In this document: positions 12,733 through 26,239 of the stretch, piece by piece
Layout: each line of letters starts with the position of its first letter
Position numbering within the stretch: position 1 is the first letter of the stretch
Origin: Camelus dromedarius
Taxonomy: Eukaryota
Reading direction: 5' to 3'
NCBI RefSeq assembly: GCF_036321535.1
Contig: NC_087437.1
Span: 100,070,001 to 100,134,000, forward strand
DNA: 64,000 nt
Translations under genes and position numbers: made by a program
The notes under the pieces: generated by a model
Databases searched by the model: none
What the model was told of the DNA's origin: nothing
The model's input: the letters and a program-made list of their open reading frames with translations, nothing else

Positions 12733-13319
12733 TTGTGTATGTGTGAGCAGAACGAGAAAGGAAAGTTTGAGGTCTCTAGCTAATTGCCTTTAAAATATGA
12801 AACACATGTTGTAGTAATTATCCTTTTGTATCTCTCTCCCTTTTTTTTTTAAGAATTCTTGAGTGATGGATGCTACAGATCTGAAAATCATTATGCTGGA
12901 ATATTTCCAGCCCTCCCAGCCACAAAAATGTGTCTGTCAAGCAAGGCTGAATGTTGACACAACTCCCTAAATGGTATTAATAGAAGTAGAGGTTCTAAAA
13001 TATTATTATGAACATTTGTTAAAGTTCTGCCATTTCTAATTGGTTCATGGACGTTCAAGAAAAATGGTGAGTTTATTTTGAAGCAACTCAGAATGGGGAG
13101 ATGAGATTTTACTCAAACCCTCTGTGTAACTTCACCTCAATTCTAGAATCATCTGATAAATTATGTCAAGTATTTCAACAGGCAATAAAAAAAGTTAGAA
13201 CAGAACATTACATGGGAATTCTCATCATTCTAGACACAACATTCTTGGAAGAAAAACTAACTAAACTGTCAGTAGTGAAATTACACCAGCTTATAAATAA
13301 ATCAGAGTTATTTTTTTGC

Positions 13320-13572
13320 TAGTTGGCCCCAAAGTAGGGTACACACACCCCAGAAAATACATAAGAGAAGCTACGGAGTTGTTGAAGAACATACTAGAAT
13401 TCCTAATATTTATTCAAATGTCAGTGATCAAGCTTTATTAATATTTTACATTTAAACTTACAAAGTACATGTTACTAACTTATAAATATGCCTATATTTA
13501 TGTTGCAGGGTGCATGTTTGTTCAAATGCTTCTTATTGATAGAGTCTCAAATCAAAAATTTTGGAGAAGAAC
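13320..13572. mobile_element. hAT-Charlie MITE (MER113-like)
   Basis: ggccccaaagtagggtacacacacccc start and aaaattttggagaa end resemble Charlie termini. Confidence 0.45.
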
Positions 13573-14489
13573 AGATCCAGACAATAAGGGAAATTTTACA
13601 CTAGGTTACATTCTTTCTAGAAGATACTCTAGCAGCTTCTCAGGATAACAGAGGCTACAGAGCAAAGTATTTTAACAAAAATCATATTAAATAACAATTT
13701 TAAGAGTAGGAAATGACCCATAGATCTAATTCAGCATTTCTTAAAATGGGTAAAGCTAACTATGAGGAAAGTGAAGAAGACAGAGAGAGGATGGTGGAGG
13801 AGGGAGGAGGAGGAAGGGAAATGGGCAGAAAATTTTCTGGAAGAGGAAGTGGAAATAGTGTAGAGTAAAGGCTAGTGCTTCACTATTAATTGATGACAAA
13901 ACAAAAAAAAGATTTTAGTGGCTTATAAACTGTTCTGGAACCTCCTTGACTTGAGCAAACTATCTTTTTCTGTTGTTCCCTCAGCTAGAGACTCTCCAGA
14001 AAATTCATGTGCAAATCCACATTAAAGCAAGTTTTCTCTAGTATGAAAATAAAAAGAATAGACCTGCTATCCCCATATTTTCTGCCATATTGTTCTGTCT
14101 CCAGTTTGGTGCAGTCTCTGATCTGAAAAAGGAGGCAACAAGCCAGTGAGTGTCCTCCTTCTTCCAGGGAACGTCAATCACACAACCTGATACAAATCAT
14201 AGTTCAAGACCATTAAACCAAGAACCAGGAACTTGGACTCTAGAACTATTTGTCAGAGTATGACCTTAACAGTGCATTAACTTGAAAAGGAGGGGTTGTT
14301 CCTTTTTGTAGAATCCTAATGTTGTCCTCATTGATTTCTAAACTCTTAGCTCTAATTGTCTATGATCCTGTATTATTTCATCATATTAATCTGAAATGTG
14401 ACTGCTGGGGAGCATGTAAATCCCTGTAATTTACTATGTTACTTCCTCTATGAACCTCTATGAGCATGTACCAAATGTGAACATAAAAT

Positions 14490-15115
14490 TCACTCATACA
14501 TTCATTGAGAAAGTATTTACCAATTCCCTAAGATTTGGCAGATACTGTGCTAAATTCTTCACCTACAACACTGATTAGAAATACATCTTTCCTGTACTCA
14601 CACAGCTTAGGGGCTGATGGAAAGCAAATAGCCAAGTTAATGTGCTAAGGACTATAATGGAGACATTCAGAGTGTGTAGAAACACAAAGAGGAATGTTTG
14701 ATCCTGATTTAGAGGGTTAAAAATTTCCTGGGAGAAGTAACTTATAAACCACCTTAAAATATGAGTAAGAATTGGCCAAAGGGTGATGAGCAGCACCAGG
14801 TGAAGAGAAGTCATTGGCACCACACAGAGAAAATAGGCACATTTAGCAATCTAAAGGCAGGGTTGCCGTGTTTGCATCTCTGGGAAGAATCTCTGACGTC
14901 ATAGCCCAAGTGGCCCTCCCCTGAGCTGTGCCATCTACAGTATATGTGATAGAGGACACACCTCTTCTACACAGTTCATTACGGTTAGGTGAGAAGTATG
15001 AAGGTGGACATGGAGAGCTAAGTAGGATCAAATATAAAAGGATTATAATTTAAGTATTGGAGTCTGGGTTGAAGTATTTTAAGCAGAGAAAAAATATATA
15101 TAATCATATCACCAT
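14490..15115 (-). mobile_element. L2 3' fragment
   Basis: ttcactcatacattcattgagaaagtattta tail, ttcctgggagaagtaac, attttaagcagaga. Confidence 0.6.
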
Positions 15116-15199
15116 TTTGCAGCAACTCTCCCTATATCTTGTGTCTGAGGCTCTCCAGATTCCAAGCTACCATGCCAGCCCATGTATAGCTAATAAAAG

Positions 15200-15485
15200 G
15201 CTGGCTGGGTTTTCCTTCTCCCAGCGAAGTGTCTCTGCCTATGTCAAGCATGTTCCTTGGATCACCTGGGTACTCACATGCAGTTAAGTATGCTCAGGGG
15301 TGAAAGTAACTTCTATTCTCTGCTGGGGTCAGCCTTCTCTATGCTTCATCGCATTTCAATATTTTTGCTTCCACAGCTCTTTGATGGTTTCAAGGAAAAA
15401 TATGACTTTTTAGTTTAATCAATGTTGTCTCAATGTTACAGCGAGAGCAACGGTCTTTCCCAAACTAACTGAGATTGGAATTTCT
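15200..15485 (-). mobile_element. Old L1 (L1ME-type) 5' end fragment
   Basis: ttccacagctctttgatggtttcaag...tgttacagcgagagcaacggtc. Confidence 0.45.
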
Positions 15486-15859
15486 GACTTCTATTTTTTT
15501 TCTGTTTGGAGAGGTTCCCTATACTGCATTCTTTACTTAGTAAAGCTCCAAACAATGCCAGATTATTACAGTGCCTGATTATCTAAAAAAAACACGTCAT
15601 CCTAAATTACACATTTACATAACATTTATAAATCCATTACTGTGGGGAAACAGTGTAGTCAATGTTTTTCTCTTTAGGGATCATCAACAAGTTACAGTAA
15701 GTGCTTTCTTTCCAAGTGCGAATGACAAGAGTCAATCTGTTTACTCCTTTGACATTAGGAAGATCGTGATCATGGCTGAAGCCTGTGTAATGAATACCCA
15801 GTGGGCTCACATTCTCAAAACACATTCTTTTACTTCAAGCATTGCATACCATCAGCTGC

Positions 15860-16310
15860 AATCATTTATAACCTGACAGCCGACACTGCAGATGCCTCTT
15901 GTAGCTCTCAACTCTGTCCCTGGGGCTTCTCTGCTACCACCTCATGGGACTCCTTTAAGAACTGGCTAAGACATTCTGACTCATACACAAAGCAGAGGTG
16001 TGGGGACACTAACACCACAGGGCAATCCTTGACTAATGAGGAAAGAAGGGAACCAGTGGATGAATACTCCCCTCTGTCATGACTTGCTGACCAGGTCTGA
16101 GATCCTTCTAACAGCTCCTCAAGGATCTCCAGGAGGACTGAGCTCCCATTGCCCACAGAGGTTATTAGCTCAATAAAATACCCTTGGATGGGCTTTCTCT
16201 CTTCCCCTGTTTCACTCTTCCCAGTCCCTAAGACTGTTTCTTATGATCACTTCTCAAAATAAATTGCCTGTATCTAAGCCTCATTTAAAGCTATGCTGTG
16301 GGGAGCACCA
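15860..16310 (+). mobile_element. LTR16A-like ERVL solo LTR
   Basis: ggcaatccttgactaatgagg...ctgagctcccattgcccacag...gatcacttctcaaaataaa. Confidence 0.75.
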
Positions 16311-16747
16311 TTGCTGAAACAGCCTGGGAGAGTTGACCAACATTTAGATGGAAGAAAACAGAGACAGGCAGTTCATGATTTCAGAGATATGAAAAGACCA
16401 GAACTGTCAACATCGCGTCAGGAAAGAACGTATCTTTATAGCAAGATATTTCTATATCTTTCTTCCAATGCACACCCCATGCTAACAGTATAGGAATGAC
16501 TATTTTTAAATTTTTTTAAATGCCAAACATTTTAAGAAAAGTCAGGACATACTTTTATATACTTCCATTTGAAATGTCAACCCTTTAACACACATACAAA
16601 AAGATCTATTGCATTAAATAGTGTATTCAAAAATATTATAGAACTCATAAAAAATTCACAGAGCACCACAGGTCATTACATCTGACAAGAAGACACAAAT
16701 AAGACACAAATGTAATGTAATGTCTAATGAAGATCTACTTTCACTTA

Positions 16748-16792
16748 AGTGTGTGTGTGTGTGTTTGTGTGTGTGTGTATGTATGTATGTGT
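16748..16792. repeat. Compound (GT)n/(GTAT)n microsatellite
   Basis: Seen directly. Confidence 0.9.
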
Positions 16793-17725
16793 CCCAGGTG
16801 AAAGAATCTTCTTACCCCGATCCACCCTACACCCTCCACAAGCCCAGAACTGAGGAATGGAGAATGTACACATGATGAGAGTAAATGTGGGCACTGAAAT
16901 GGCAGCTGGAAGGCTGGGTAGCCATGGTGACACCAAGGAGTTGCTGATTTCCATCAACCCCTACTTCCACTTTTCACCTCAATGAAACTGCTACCATTAT
17001 CTGTGTCATTGCTAGAACTACTACTAATAATAATCTTTTATATACACAACTTATACTTTACTAGTAAATTTTTAGTAAAAACCTCCTTGGAAAATATTGG
17101 TGTTTTTTCCTTAATCTCTAACCTAAAATATAAATAAAAATTTAAGCAAATGCAGCTTTAAGACAAGTCCCCCAGATATCTCTTCTTTCCTGACAGGTCA
17201 TATCTGATCGTTGCTCCCATATAGAAGTACAAGAGTCAAAAGGTAGGGCAATAGTCTCAGTGAGACATGATGATGGACTGAAAAAGAGCAATTGAATAAG
17301 AATAAAGGAAAAAGGTGTGAAAAATACTTAGGAAATAAAATTGTTAGAATGTGGTGACTGATTAGATGTGGTGGATGACAGATAATCTAGCACATACTAC
17401 TAGACATTGGTTTAAATTCCCTTCCAATCAATTCCTAATAGCAGCTGCTAGTGAACAGCTCTCTGTAGATGATAGAAAGTCTTAATTAGGACGAAACATA
17501 GTTTGATGAAAAAACCTTAGAAGATCAGAGAGAAAGAGGGACCTGGGGAAAACATAGAAATGATGATCATTCAATCTTGTGTGGAGGATTAAAGAGATAA
17601 AAGGCATTTGTACCCTATAAAATCCAAGAGAAGCACAGTCAACTCATATCTACCTGGAATAAATACAGCTGCTCTTGGACCAAACCCTCATTCAATGCAG
17701 AATTTCACTCTTTAGTCATGTAGCC

Positions 17726-17934
17726 CACTAGTTCTAAATGGGTGAATCTCCCCCAGAGCCATTCGGCAATGTCTGAAAATACTTTTGGCTGTCATAAACT
17801 GGAGTAGGGAGTACTCCGGGATTTTGTACACGGAGGTCAGAGGTGTTGCTAAATATCCTATAATGCACAGCACAGTCCTCTACAACAAAAAAATAGCACA
17901 AAAATGTCAATAGCACCAAGTTTGAAAAACCCTG
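17726..17934. mobile_element. MER20 hAT-Charlie MITE
   Basis: ggcaatgtctg...gctaaatatcctataatgcacag...aaaatgtcaatag...gaaaaaccctg. Confidence 0.9.
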
Positions 17935-18891
17935 AAACCTACTGACATCAGAAATATCAAACTCAGCACAAAGGCACTTGTTATGTTGTGGGAGTCACTA
18001 AGAAAAGTAAGTCACAGGCCCCGCCCAGAAATTAGAAAACGCTTCAACTCATGAATGTTCAATATAAGAGCAGCTGTTAAAATAATAACTCAAATAATAA
18101 CAGAAGACTTGCCATAAATCAGGATGTCTGTGATTGTTAATAAATGGTACCAACAGATAAGTGCTTGGGGCATTTTACAGATTTTTCTAAATTGGAGAGC
18201 AAAAGCCAGCCTAGGAAAAACTAGATACTTTTTGAACAAGGCAAAACCTGTGGTATCCTGAGAAGAAATGTTAGGATTTAGATCCTCAAAGAACCAGACA
18301 TCATCTGACAGATAAAACAGCATACACTAGAGCCTTATTTTGAGAAAGTTCAAAAGTTGTCCAGAGGATGAAAGGTGTACTGCATTGCTTAACCAGTAGA
18401 GCCAACTAGGCTGGTAAGCAGTTTAAGGCCACATTGTGGAGGATCATATTTTCTTTAACTAGAGGTGTAGTTTGGAGCAGTAGACTAACAAGATGAAATT
18501 TGTATTTTAGGAACTGCAAGTAGGTGTCAGCATGTGTAACTATCAGAAGCACAGTGAGCAAAGAGAGAACTCAAGAAGGATAAAAACGTTTCAGCTATGA
18601 CATGATAGATTCTAGCACCAAAATGGTGACTCTAAGAAAGAAGAAAGAAGAGCTAAGAAGGGCAACTTGAGGAGTAAGAATGGACAGGTCTGTTCAGATG
18701 TTTATAAGGGTAAAGAAGAGTGTGTAATGGAAAGCAATATGTTTTATTAAAAGGAGTACTGAAAACTGACCTAAACCAATCTGGCCTTTTATCTATGGTG
18801 ATTCTTTTTTATACACAATGGTTGACTCTGGTGATCAGAGGTAGGGGATGGCTCCAGATGATGATGATGACGACGACAATGACAACAGTTA

Positions 18892-19452
18892 TGTCAGGTA
18901 TCTCCCGGGCACCACAGAGAATTCTCTCGGCCTTGCCTGGCTCTTATTTCAGCCCCTGGGCAGCAACAGTCCTGCATAAACTCTAACCAGCTTCTTGTAG
19001 GTGCCTCCCAACTGCACCTTGTCTCAGGTCCAAAATCTGTCTCCTCCCTCCTCATCCAGGGCTTTGCTGGGTGGGATTCTGTTGTAATCTGCCTGAGGCC
19101 CATATCCGTACAGCCTGGAAGTACATAGGAGTTAACACTTCGTGGGGGCACACGTTAGCCAATCAAGGATGGAAGCCAGTAGATACATGCTCTCTATCCC
19201 CTCCCGCTTCTTCAGGGGATCCCAAGATATAGTTTCTACTGCTTCTCAGGTGGTCCTAGTGGATCAAGAAACCAATCTCCTGCACCTACTGGGTGGTCAA
19301 CTTAATAAGGCATCCTTGCATTGCCTTTTTCTTCTTTCTGCTTCCTTCCACCTGTCACCCTCACCTGGTTCTCTGTGGTCGCATACCCCAGTAAAGCACT
19401 TTCCCTTAACTCTTTGTTTCAGGGCTGCATTATGAGGAACCCAGGTAAAAGC
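18892..19452 (+). mobile_element. LTR16 (D/E-like) ERVL solo LTR
   Basis: cagcctggaagtacataggagttaacac...ccaatcaaggatggaagccagtagata...aggaacccaggtaaaagca. Confidence 0.7.
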
Positions 19453-19519
19453 AATGATTTTGATACGCTGATGATCATGATAATAAATAATATTGTTGAT
19501 ATTGCCGTGTCAGTCACTA

Positions 19520-19612
19520 TTACAAGCACTTTTATCTTTATTACGGTCCTGTAAGGTTGATCTTAATATTCCCAGGTTTACAGATGAAGAAACTAAGGCT
19601 AAGAGGGGTTCC
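19520..19612 (-). mobile_element. MIR fragment
   Basis: tttacagatgaagaaactaaggct core. Confidence 0.7.
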
Positions 19613-20261
19613 TGCATTTCTTCTTCGGTAAGATCTTTGACAGTGACTTGTTGATTTTGTGCTCGTATCACACACAGCACACCCAGACTTGTGCCGTGTA
19701 CTTCATCAAGTCCCCTTTCTGTAATTGGTGCTTCTTACTGATTTAGCAAACTCTGGGCACCGAAATCCAGTTTCTGATAACAAGAATGGTCCTCCTAAAT
19801 ATTTATAAGGTAACAATACTCAGAGGCATTCTTAAAGCCAGGATTCATCGAGGTAAAATAATTTGTTAAGAATCACTGGATATTTGTTCTGGAATAAAAA
19901 TGATATACTCTATGAATTAGTAAGTAAAAACATTATTATAAATACAGCAGGTTTAACATATTATATTCTGTAAGCCTGTTGTTAATTTTTTACTCAGGTT
20001 CACTTCAAGGAATGGGTGGAACACTGGCCAAGAACAGTTAAGTATGACGCTTCTATCCTGCTCCTGTTCAGACCGGTTTTCTTCATGTAATACTCTTCCT
20101 CGGTGTGCCACACCAGTAGTGTGCTTTTCAGTCTCCATCGTAATGATGGCTTTCTGGTGTCAGAGCTTCAAATTCAACTGCCAAAGCATTTTGAGTTTCT
20201 CTTGGAGTTTACAATTAAGTTTATCATTTTCATTAACCGACTAGTTAATTCATTTTACTGA

Positions 20262-20440
20262 TCATTCACTACATGCCAGGCATTTTCAAAGTATGAGCTA
20301 ACTTTAACCCTTACACTACTCTATATGAGGTATTTATACACCCATATTCATTTGGGGAAAGTAACATTCTCAGAGATACAAATAAATAATTTGCATTAGG
20401 TCACAGAGCAAGTAAGTGGCAGACACAAGATTCAGCTTCA
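20262..20440 (-). mobile_element. MIR SINE
   Basis: actacatgccaggca...ggtcacagagcaagtaagtggcaga. Confidence 0.7.
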
Positions 20441-20789
20441 CTATGGATCTTCGCAAGATTCAAGCAAGAGAAGCTTGTGGTTCAGAACTAAGGGTACAAC
20501 TGTTGCATTTCTAGAGTGGTGCTTCTTGGGAAAACCTTGGTGCATGTTGCCTGTTTAAGTTCAGGTGCTTTAAAGGAGCTCTTTAAACCGGTCATTATAT
20601 TAGTTACCCACATTCTGTTCATACACCAGCAAGCAAGTGGGAGATATATTTTAGGGATTCCTGAGATTCAGACTCCACAGGCCTTGCTCAGTCATCACCT
20701 TCATTCCCATTTGCCCAAATCATGGGGTTGGGGTAGGAGGATGAGGGGCTCATAGATTTGCAAGCTTCCATCTCTGCCAGCCTAATACA

Positions 20790-21047
20790 GTACAGTGGGC
20801 TGGCCAAGAGCCCAGTCTTTAGAGTAAAGCAATCTCAATTAAATCCTCACTTCTGTTTCTTCCTCATTGGTTGATCCTTAGCCCAGGTACTTAACCTCTC
20901 TAAGGCTTCTAATTTCCTTCTCTGTATAATGGAGAAAACAGTAGTAATTATTTCATAGGTCTTAAGGAGTAAATGAGATAAATATATGTATAACAATTAG
21001 TTCAGTACATGACATATTGTAAGTATTAGGTTCATACTAGTCATTAT
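20790..21047 (+). mobile_element. MIR SINE
   Basis: acttaacctctctaaggcttctaatttccttctctgtataatgg...aaatgagata. Confidence 0.8.
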
Positions 21048-21279
21048 GATCATCTCATTAATTCCCCAGTGTGTTCAGCCTTTGACTAGTTTCTCTTTCT
21101 GGTGATGTCAGTTAGTTTTAGTGCTCTACCATCTCCTGAGTCAATGCCATTGCCCCTCCAGCCTTAGTTCCAGCTCAGATGTGTGAGGTGAAGACAATTT
21201 CACCCTTGTGGTTGGCCTGAGTATCTGAGTTGCTGCTTCTTTCCTGTTTAGTTATGTCACAGGAGGTGGCAAAGTCCAG

Positions 21280-21495
21280 GCAAAGTATAGTTGTTTAAGA
21301 TCTCAGGATCTGCAGCCAGATTGCTTGGGTTTTGCCATTTAACTTCTATTCTTCAGCTTCTTCATCTTTAAAACGGTGATACTAAGAGTATCTACCACCT
21401 TATTACTAGTTTTAGTTTGGGAGGATTAAATGATTAATTCAGAAAATACACTGGGTGCCTAGAACACTCAATAAATGACAGGTATTACTATTGTT
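21280..21495 (+). mobile_element. MIR SINE
   Basis: ctgcagccagattgcttgggtt...cttcatctttaaaacgg...cactcaataaatg. Confidence 0.75.
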
Positions 21496-21899
21496 TATCA
21501 TGTGGATATGAACAAACTGAGATTCAGAATTACACATCTGGTAAGTGTCAGAGTTATAATTTGAATCCAAGTCTTAACTGTCTAAACTTTAAAGATTTCC
21601 TGTCTTTGAAAAGTGTTCTGTAAAAGGTCGTGCCATTTCAAAGAAAGAATACCTTTCCCCTGCGCACTTTCTCATTGGTACCACCTCTTTGTGCCTCTGG
21701 AAGGCAGCATCTTTCTGACTGCTTGCATTTGCAAGCTGCATACTCCACACCATGCTTCAGGTTGAGTTTCAGAATGGAGTAGAACTGAGTTTGGACACTT
21801 TATTTGGGAATAATGGAATTTGAAGGTAACTGGGAATACCTGGTAGACTTGAGCATTTTTAAATTATGCTGAGCATTTTTAAATACTGATGGCAGAAAC

Positions 21900-22840
21900 A
21901 ATAGAAGCAGAGTTTAAAATAAACATCAAATTGAAAATTCCACTATTTATAAAAGACAAGTGGAAAATAAAGAGCTCTTGCAAAATAATAAGAGAATGAC
22001 ACACACTATGGTAGAAAAATAAAGTTAAAGGATAGTAAAAGGAAATTTACAGAAGAAATAGAAATGATCAATACTTTTTAAAACTTGTACTCAGATGAAT
22101 AACCTCTTTTAAAAATAAGGTGTCAAACCTATAAAATTGTCTACTATTTGAAATAATCTCCATTATTTGTGAGACTATTAAGAAATGGAGACTCTTGACA
22201 GAGGGGTATAGCTCAGTGGTAAAGTGCATGCCTAACATGCACGAGGTCCTGGGTTCAATCTTCAGTGACTCCCTTAAAAATAAATAAATAAATAAACCTA
22301 ATTACTTCCCTCCACCCCTCCAAAATAGAGACTCTCATCTTCTACTGTTGGTAGCACAGATTGGAACAGCCTTTTTCAGAAGCATTTCTGCATTACAAAT
22401 ATTTCAAAAGCACATCTTGTGACTTTGAAATTGAATTTTTTATACATTTCCTAAGGAAATAATTACTTAATTAAATGAAGGTTTAGCTGTGTTGATGCCC
22501 TTTACAATTTGACTTATAATTATAAGAACAACAGAATCAACCTAAATAATGACATTTTATAAAACAAAATATTGTACAGCCACTAAAATGAGTATATACT
22601 ATATTCATGCATGAAAAAACTCAATATATACTACAAAATTTTAAAAGGTAGTCTACAAAGCAATGTTATAATATAATCTTATTTTAGAATGAAAGATATA
22701 TACATGCACTTTTTAAAATAAAAAAGTATATGTGATAAAATAACAAAATGTTAATGGGGTTTGTGCTCGGATAATGAGATTTTAGGTGAATTTTTTTTTG
22801 TTTATCTGTATTTTCAAATTTTCTACAGTAATATTGGATA
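21900..22840 (+). mobile_element. Old L1 (L1ME-type) 3' region, interrupted by a SINE
   Basis: gagactctcatcttctactgttggtag...gtacagccactaaaa...tctgtattttcaaattttctaca. Confidence 0.6.
22196..22322 (+). mobile_element. Camelid tRNA-Ala-derived SINE (Vic-1 type)
   Basis: ggggtatagctcagtggt (A box)...gggttcaatc (B box), (AAAT)n tail; TSD aaatRgagactct at 22183-22195 and 22323-22335. Confidence 0.9.
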
Positions 22841-23739
22841 AAGTGAAGCACACTAATACAAAAATATAATTGAAGTACTGAAAGAGATTCCAGTAGGAGA
22901 AAACTATTCTGTAAGGCAATCAAATTCTTTGGAGAAGAAAATATTAATTCATTTGACCAACTCCTACTCTAACTACTATAGCTTACAAATTATAATAAAC
23001 TCTTAATGCTTTTAAAATACGTATGTGATTTCAATAGAAGTAGATACTTTTTAACATAAATACTGTACTTGGAAGACTTCTAGTTTAAAACAGCATCCAG
23101 TTAACTGACCTTGATGCAACATTTCTAAATTTCCCACAAAAAATATTTGCAAATACCCTGAAAAATGCAAGACCTTATAATGCTACAAAAAAACTTGGTT
23201 TGCAAGAATTTACTTACTTATATTCTTAGGGAACGAGATTGAAAAGTGAAATTAGTAGCCCTCCATGCCATATCTGTCTGAAAATATGTCTTTCGTTCCC
23301 CTGAAGGTCAACCAAGCGCCAGGGAAGGCAGCGCAACACAATGGCTAAGAGTAAGTACTCTGGAGTGAGGTGGTGCTTGTAAGGTTAGACCAAGTGCATT
23401 TGAAGTTGACATCCTGGGTTTATGGCAACTTGCTGGAAACACCAGTAATGCAATTTTTACAGAAGGATAAAGAGGGGAGAAGAGAAAATTCATAAGACCT
23501 TGGCTGTCTTCTACACACAGAAACAAAGGGCCATCATTGCCTTGCTAATCAAAAGTAAAAAACCAAATATATATCTTTAAGGATTAGAGAAAAGAGCACA
23601 GATATGAGTAGCCTCAGGAATTTAAAATTGGAGGAACAATGTAGATAATTATGAGGTGTCTTCCTTTTTGGCAGTTAATTTGGATACATTAATCATAATC
23701 AACTCTCTTTAATCAGAAATTGGGATTTCCTGAGGACTT

Positions 23740-24350
23740 TTCATTAATTGCGAACCAGAGCGGTAGGCAAATTCTTCTTCACTGTAGATCAGAGTACTCC
23801 TTTGTGGGTTGTGTTCATATCCCGCAGAATTAAGTTCAAATAGAATTTTTACTGAATTTTGCTATCATATTACCACACACCCCCATTAATTTATTACTGC
23901 TAATAGGAAACATATGTGTCTTTAAAATGGCATACCTTGAAATGACAGCTAATGAGTAAAAGTGAGCTGCTACGGGTACGACTGGGAGCGTATAGGTGAA
24001 CGGTTTAAGGGCTGATGTTTTATTCAGCACGGAAGCAGTTAAGCCAGTTCCCTGTTCCCTATTTTGCATTGCCTTCTAACGACATTAAAACAAATTATAT
24101 TTCCTTATAAGATTTAATGTTTAGCTTTTCTAATTTTACTTTTATAATGAAATCGAAGTAGGGCTGTGTGCAGTCGTTTGGATAAAACTGAAAGTGCCAA
24201 TAGCTGTATTCTTTCCACTAAATAGCAGCCCTTTTTGTTTAACTTTAGTAAGTGGTCTGATAGTGTTATGCAAAAATCCTCTACCTCTTTTGTTGGAATT
24301 TGACCCAAAGCTTTGAAACTGCAAGGGAAATTGCTTATCGTAAATGGAGA
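23740..24350. promoter_or_regulatory. Candidate conserved non-coding element/enhancer
   Basis: No recognisable repeat; 12 CpGs in an AT-rich 600 bp; TGACAG+CTAATG (Meis/Hox-like) at 23943-23954. Confidence 0.35.
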
Positions 24351-24759
24351 ATTCCCAGAAAGAAAAGTTTAATTGTAATGCAATTATTTGAATGTATATG
24401 TTTGTGTTTGATGATATATATGTACACACACACACACACATATATATATATCTGGAAGGATCATTACGTACCCTTTTGATATTTACATTTAGTAGTTCAT
24501 ATCCTTTCTGTGTAAAGGCGGTTTTTCCAGTGCAGTGGTTTCCAGAATCACTCTTCACTTTCATCATGAACTTCTTGAAAAAGTGTGAGGGGCAGCCTTG
24601 GTCAGACAAAAGCAGTGGTATGAGACTCAGTGACCAAAATCTCTTGCAGGTTCTGAACCTGTAAAAAGCACACAATTTTGCCCAAGTCCTTTAACTCCCT
24701 AAGCCTCTTGTTTCTTCAATCATAAGATTAACTAACAATAGTAATTACTACTTTTATTA

Positions 24760-24965
24760 AAATAGCAGTAGCTAACATTTACTGGGTGCTTGCCATATGT
24801 CAAATAGCATGCTGTAAAACCTCATTTCATCACCATAAGGGCTCCATATACAGTAAGAATTACTTCCCCATTTTACTGATGAGGACACAGAGGTACAGAG
24901 AGAGTTGGAAGCTTGCCCAAGTTCTCATAGCTAGTGAAAGGCACGGCCAGAAAATTTACCAAGGT
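24760..24965 (-). mobile_element. MIR SINE
   Basis: gctaacatttactgggtgctt...cccattttactgatgaggacacagagg...cttgcccaag. Confidence 0.8.
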
Positions 24966-25799
24966 CCAAATTAGCAATAAAAGAAGCTGAAAGGCCCCTT
25001 CAGTTCTAAAATTCAGATTAAAACAGGAATCACCTGCTGAATTATAGCTCTACATAAAGACTGGCTTTTTTTTAAAAAAGCATTATATGAAAATTATACT
25101 TAGAAACAAACATATTAGTTCTCAAAAGTATTTCCTGTTGTAATAACTTTATAATGATAGGTGATATAATTTATTTACTAATCTTTTTTAAAAGCTACTA
25201 TTTGAAAAGAGGATGACCTGTAATTTTTATCTAAAATACCAGGCAGTGTAATATTACTTCTTATTAATTTTCAATTGAACATTCTCCTCTTTTAAGTCAT
25301 GTCTACAATTGCCATCTGTGCCCCATCTTGGGTGTGCAGTTGAAATCTCTGAAATGTAATTTCATTATTTGCAAAGGCAGAAACAATGAAACTGTGCTCA
25401 TATTACTTTTGGTAGGGCATGTACTCTAAAATGTTCAGCCTGAGAAATGAAATTCAAGTCAATCCTACTTACTATCAGCTTAGAAATCGCTAAAAATTAG
25501 AATCACTGCAAAATCCATTCAAGAGTTTGAGTCTCTCGGTAAATCAGGACTGTCCCATTTACTAAACTTCTGGGAACAATGAACTGCTTTTACAGTTTTC
25601 TTACCACCACGTTGGAGCCTATCCCCCATGGCTTTGGTCACACTAAATTTTGACTTGTAGTATTTTCCTCTTCTTGGTAAACGCTTATGTATCCCTTCTT
25701 TTGTTCTTTAAAACCAAGCTTTGTTTCACCTTTTTCTAGAGCATCTTCCTCATGCCCCACTAAAACTGACACATACCTTCCTACAAGACGGTATATTAC

Positions 25800-26225
25800 T
25801 TGTTTCAAGCAGATCTGGTATGTAAAGAAAGAACCACAAACTCTCAAAGGCATACAATAATCGCCATGCTTCTCACTGATCTGTGTGTCACCTGGTAGTT
25901 GGTGGATCTAAACTGGCTCTACTGGCCCCTTCTGCTTCAAGCTATGAGTGCAGCTGGGCTTGGCTTCTTGCTTAGGTATTCCTTCTGAGGTCCTGTTTCT
26001 ACTGGTGATGAAAAATAAATAAATAAATCAAGCTCCCACTGCACAAGCACATTTTGTGCTACTGCTTTCATTCTATCTGCTAACACCCTTTTAGCAAAAG
26101 TAGGTCATACAGACAAACCCAAACTCAGAGAGTTAGGGAAATATACTCCACCTCTCTGACTCCATAACAAGGCTTTGAATGCACAGAATTAATTCAAGAG
26201 AGTAAAAGTTGTGACCGATAAGTAA
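25800..26225 (-). mobile_element. Old MaLR LTR (MLT1H/I-type)
   Basis: tctgctaacacccttttagcaaaagtaggtcata...ggaaatatactccacc. Confidence 0.6.
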
Positions 26226-26239
26226 AGTACCATGGAATA

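Noticed and set aside
14858..14985. MER91/Tip100-like MITE
   Set aside because: Only a cagggttgcc terminus and weak internal similarity; not enough to call
19953..20244. Possible exon after ttttttactcag (19997)
   Set aside because: Acceptor-like site, but no recognisable peptide and no clear donor
22196..22280. tRNA-Ala gene (also 57091-57170 and 63370-63444)
   Set aside because: Broken acceptor/D stems, AT-rich tails and TSDs show these are SINE copies, not tRNA genes
24142..24675. Longest ORF (177 aa, minus strand)
   Set aside because: Non-ATG start, runs through a CA/TA microsatellite and MIR-like sequence, no recognisable domain
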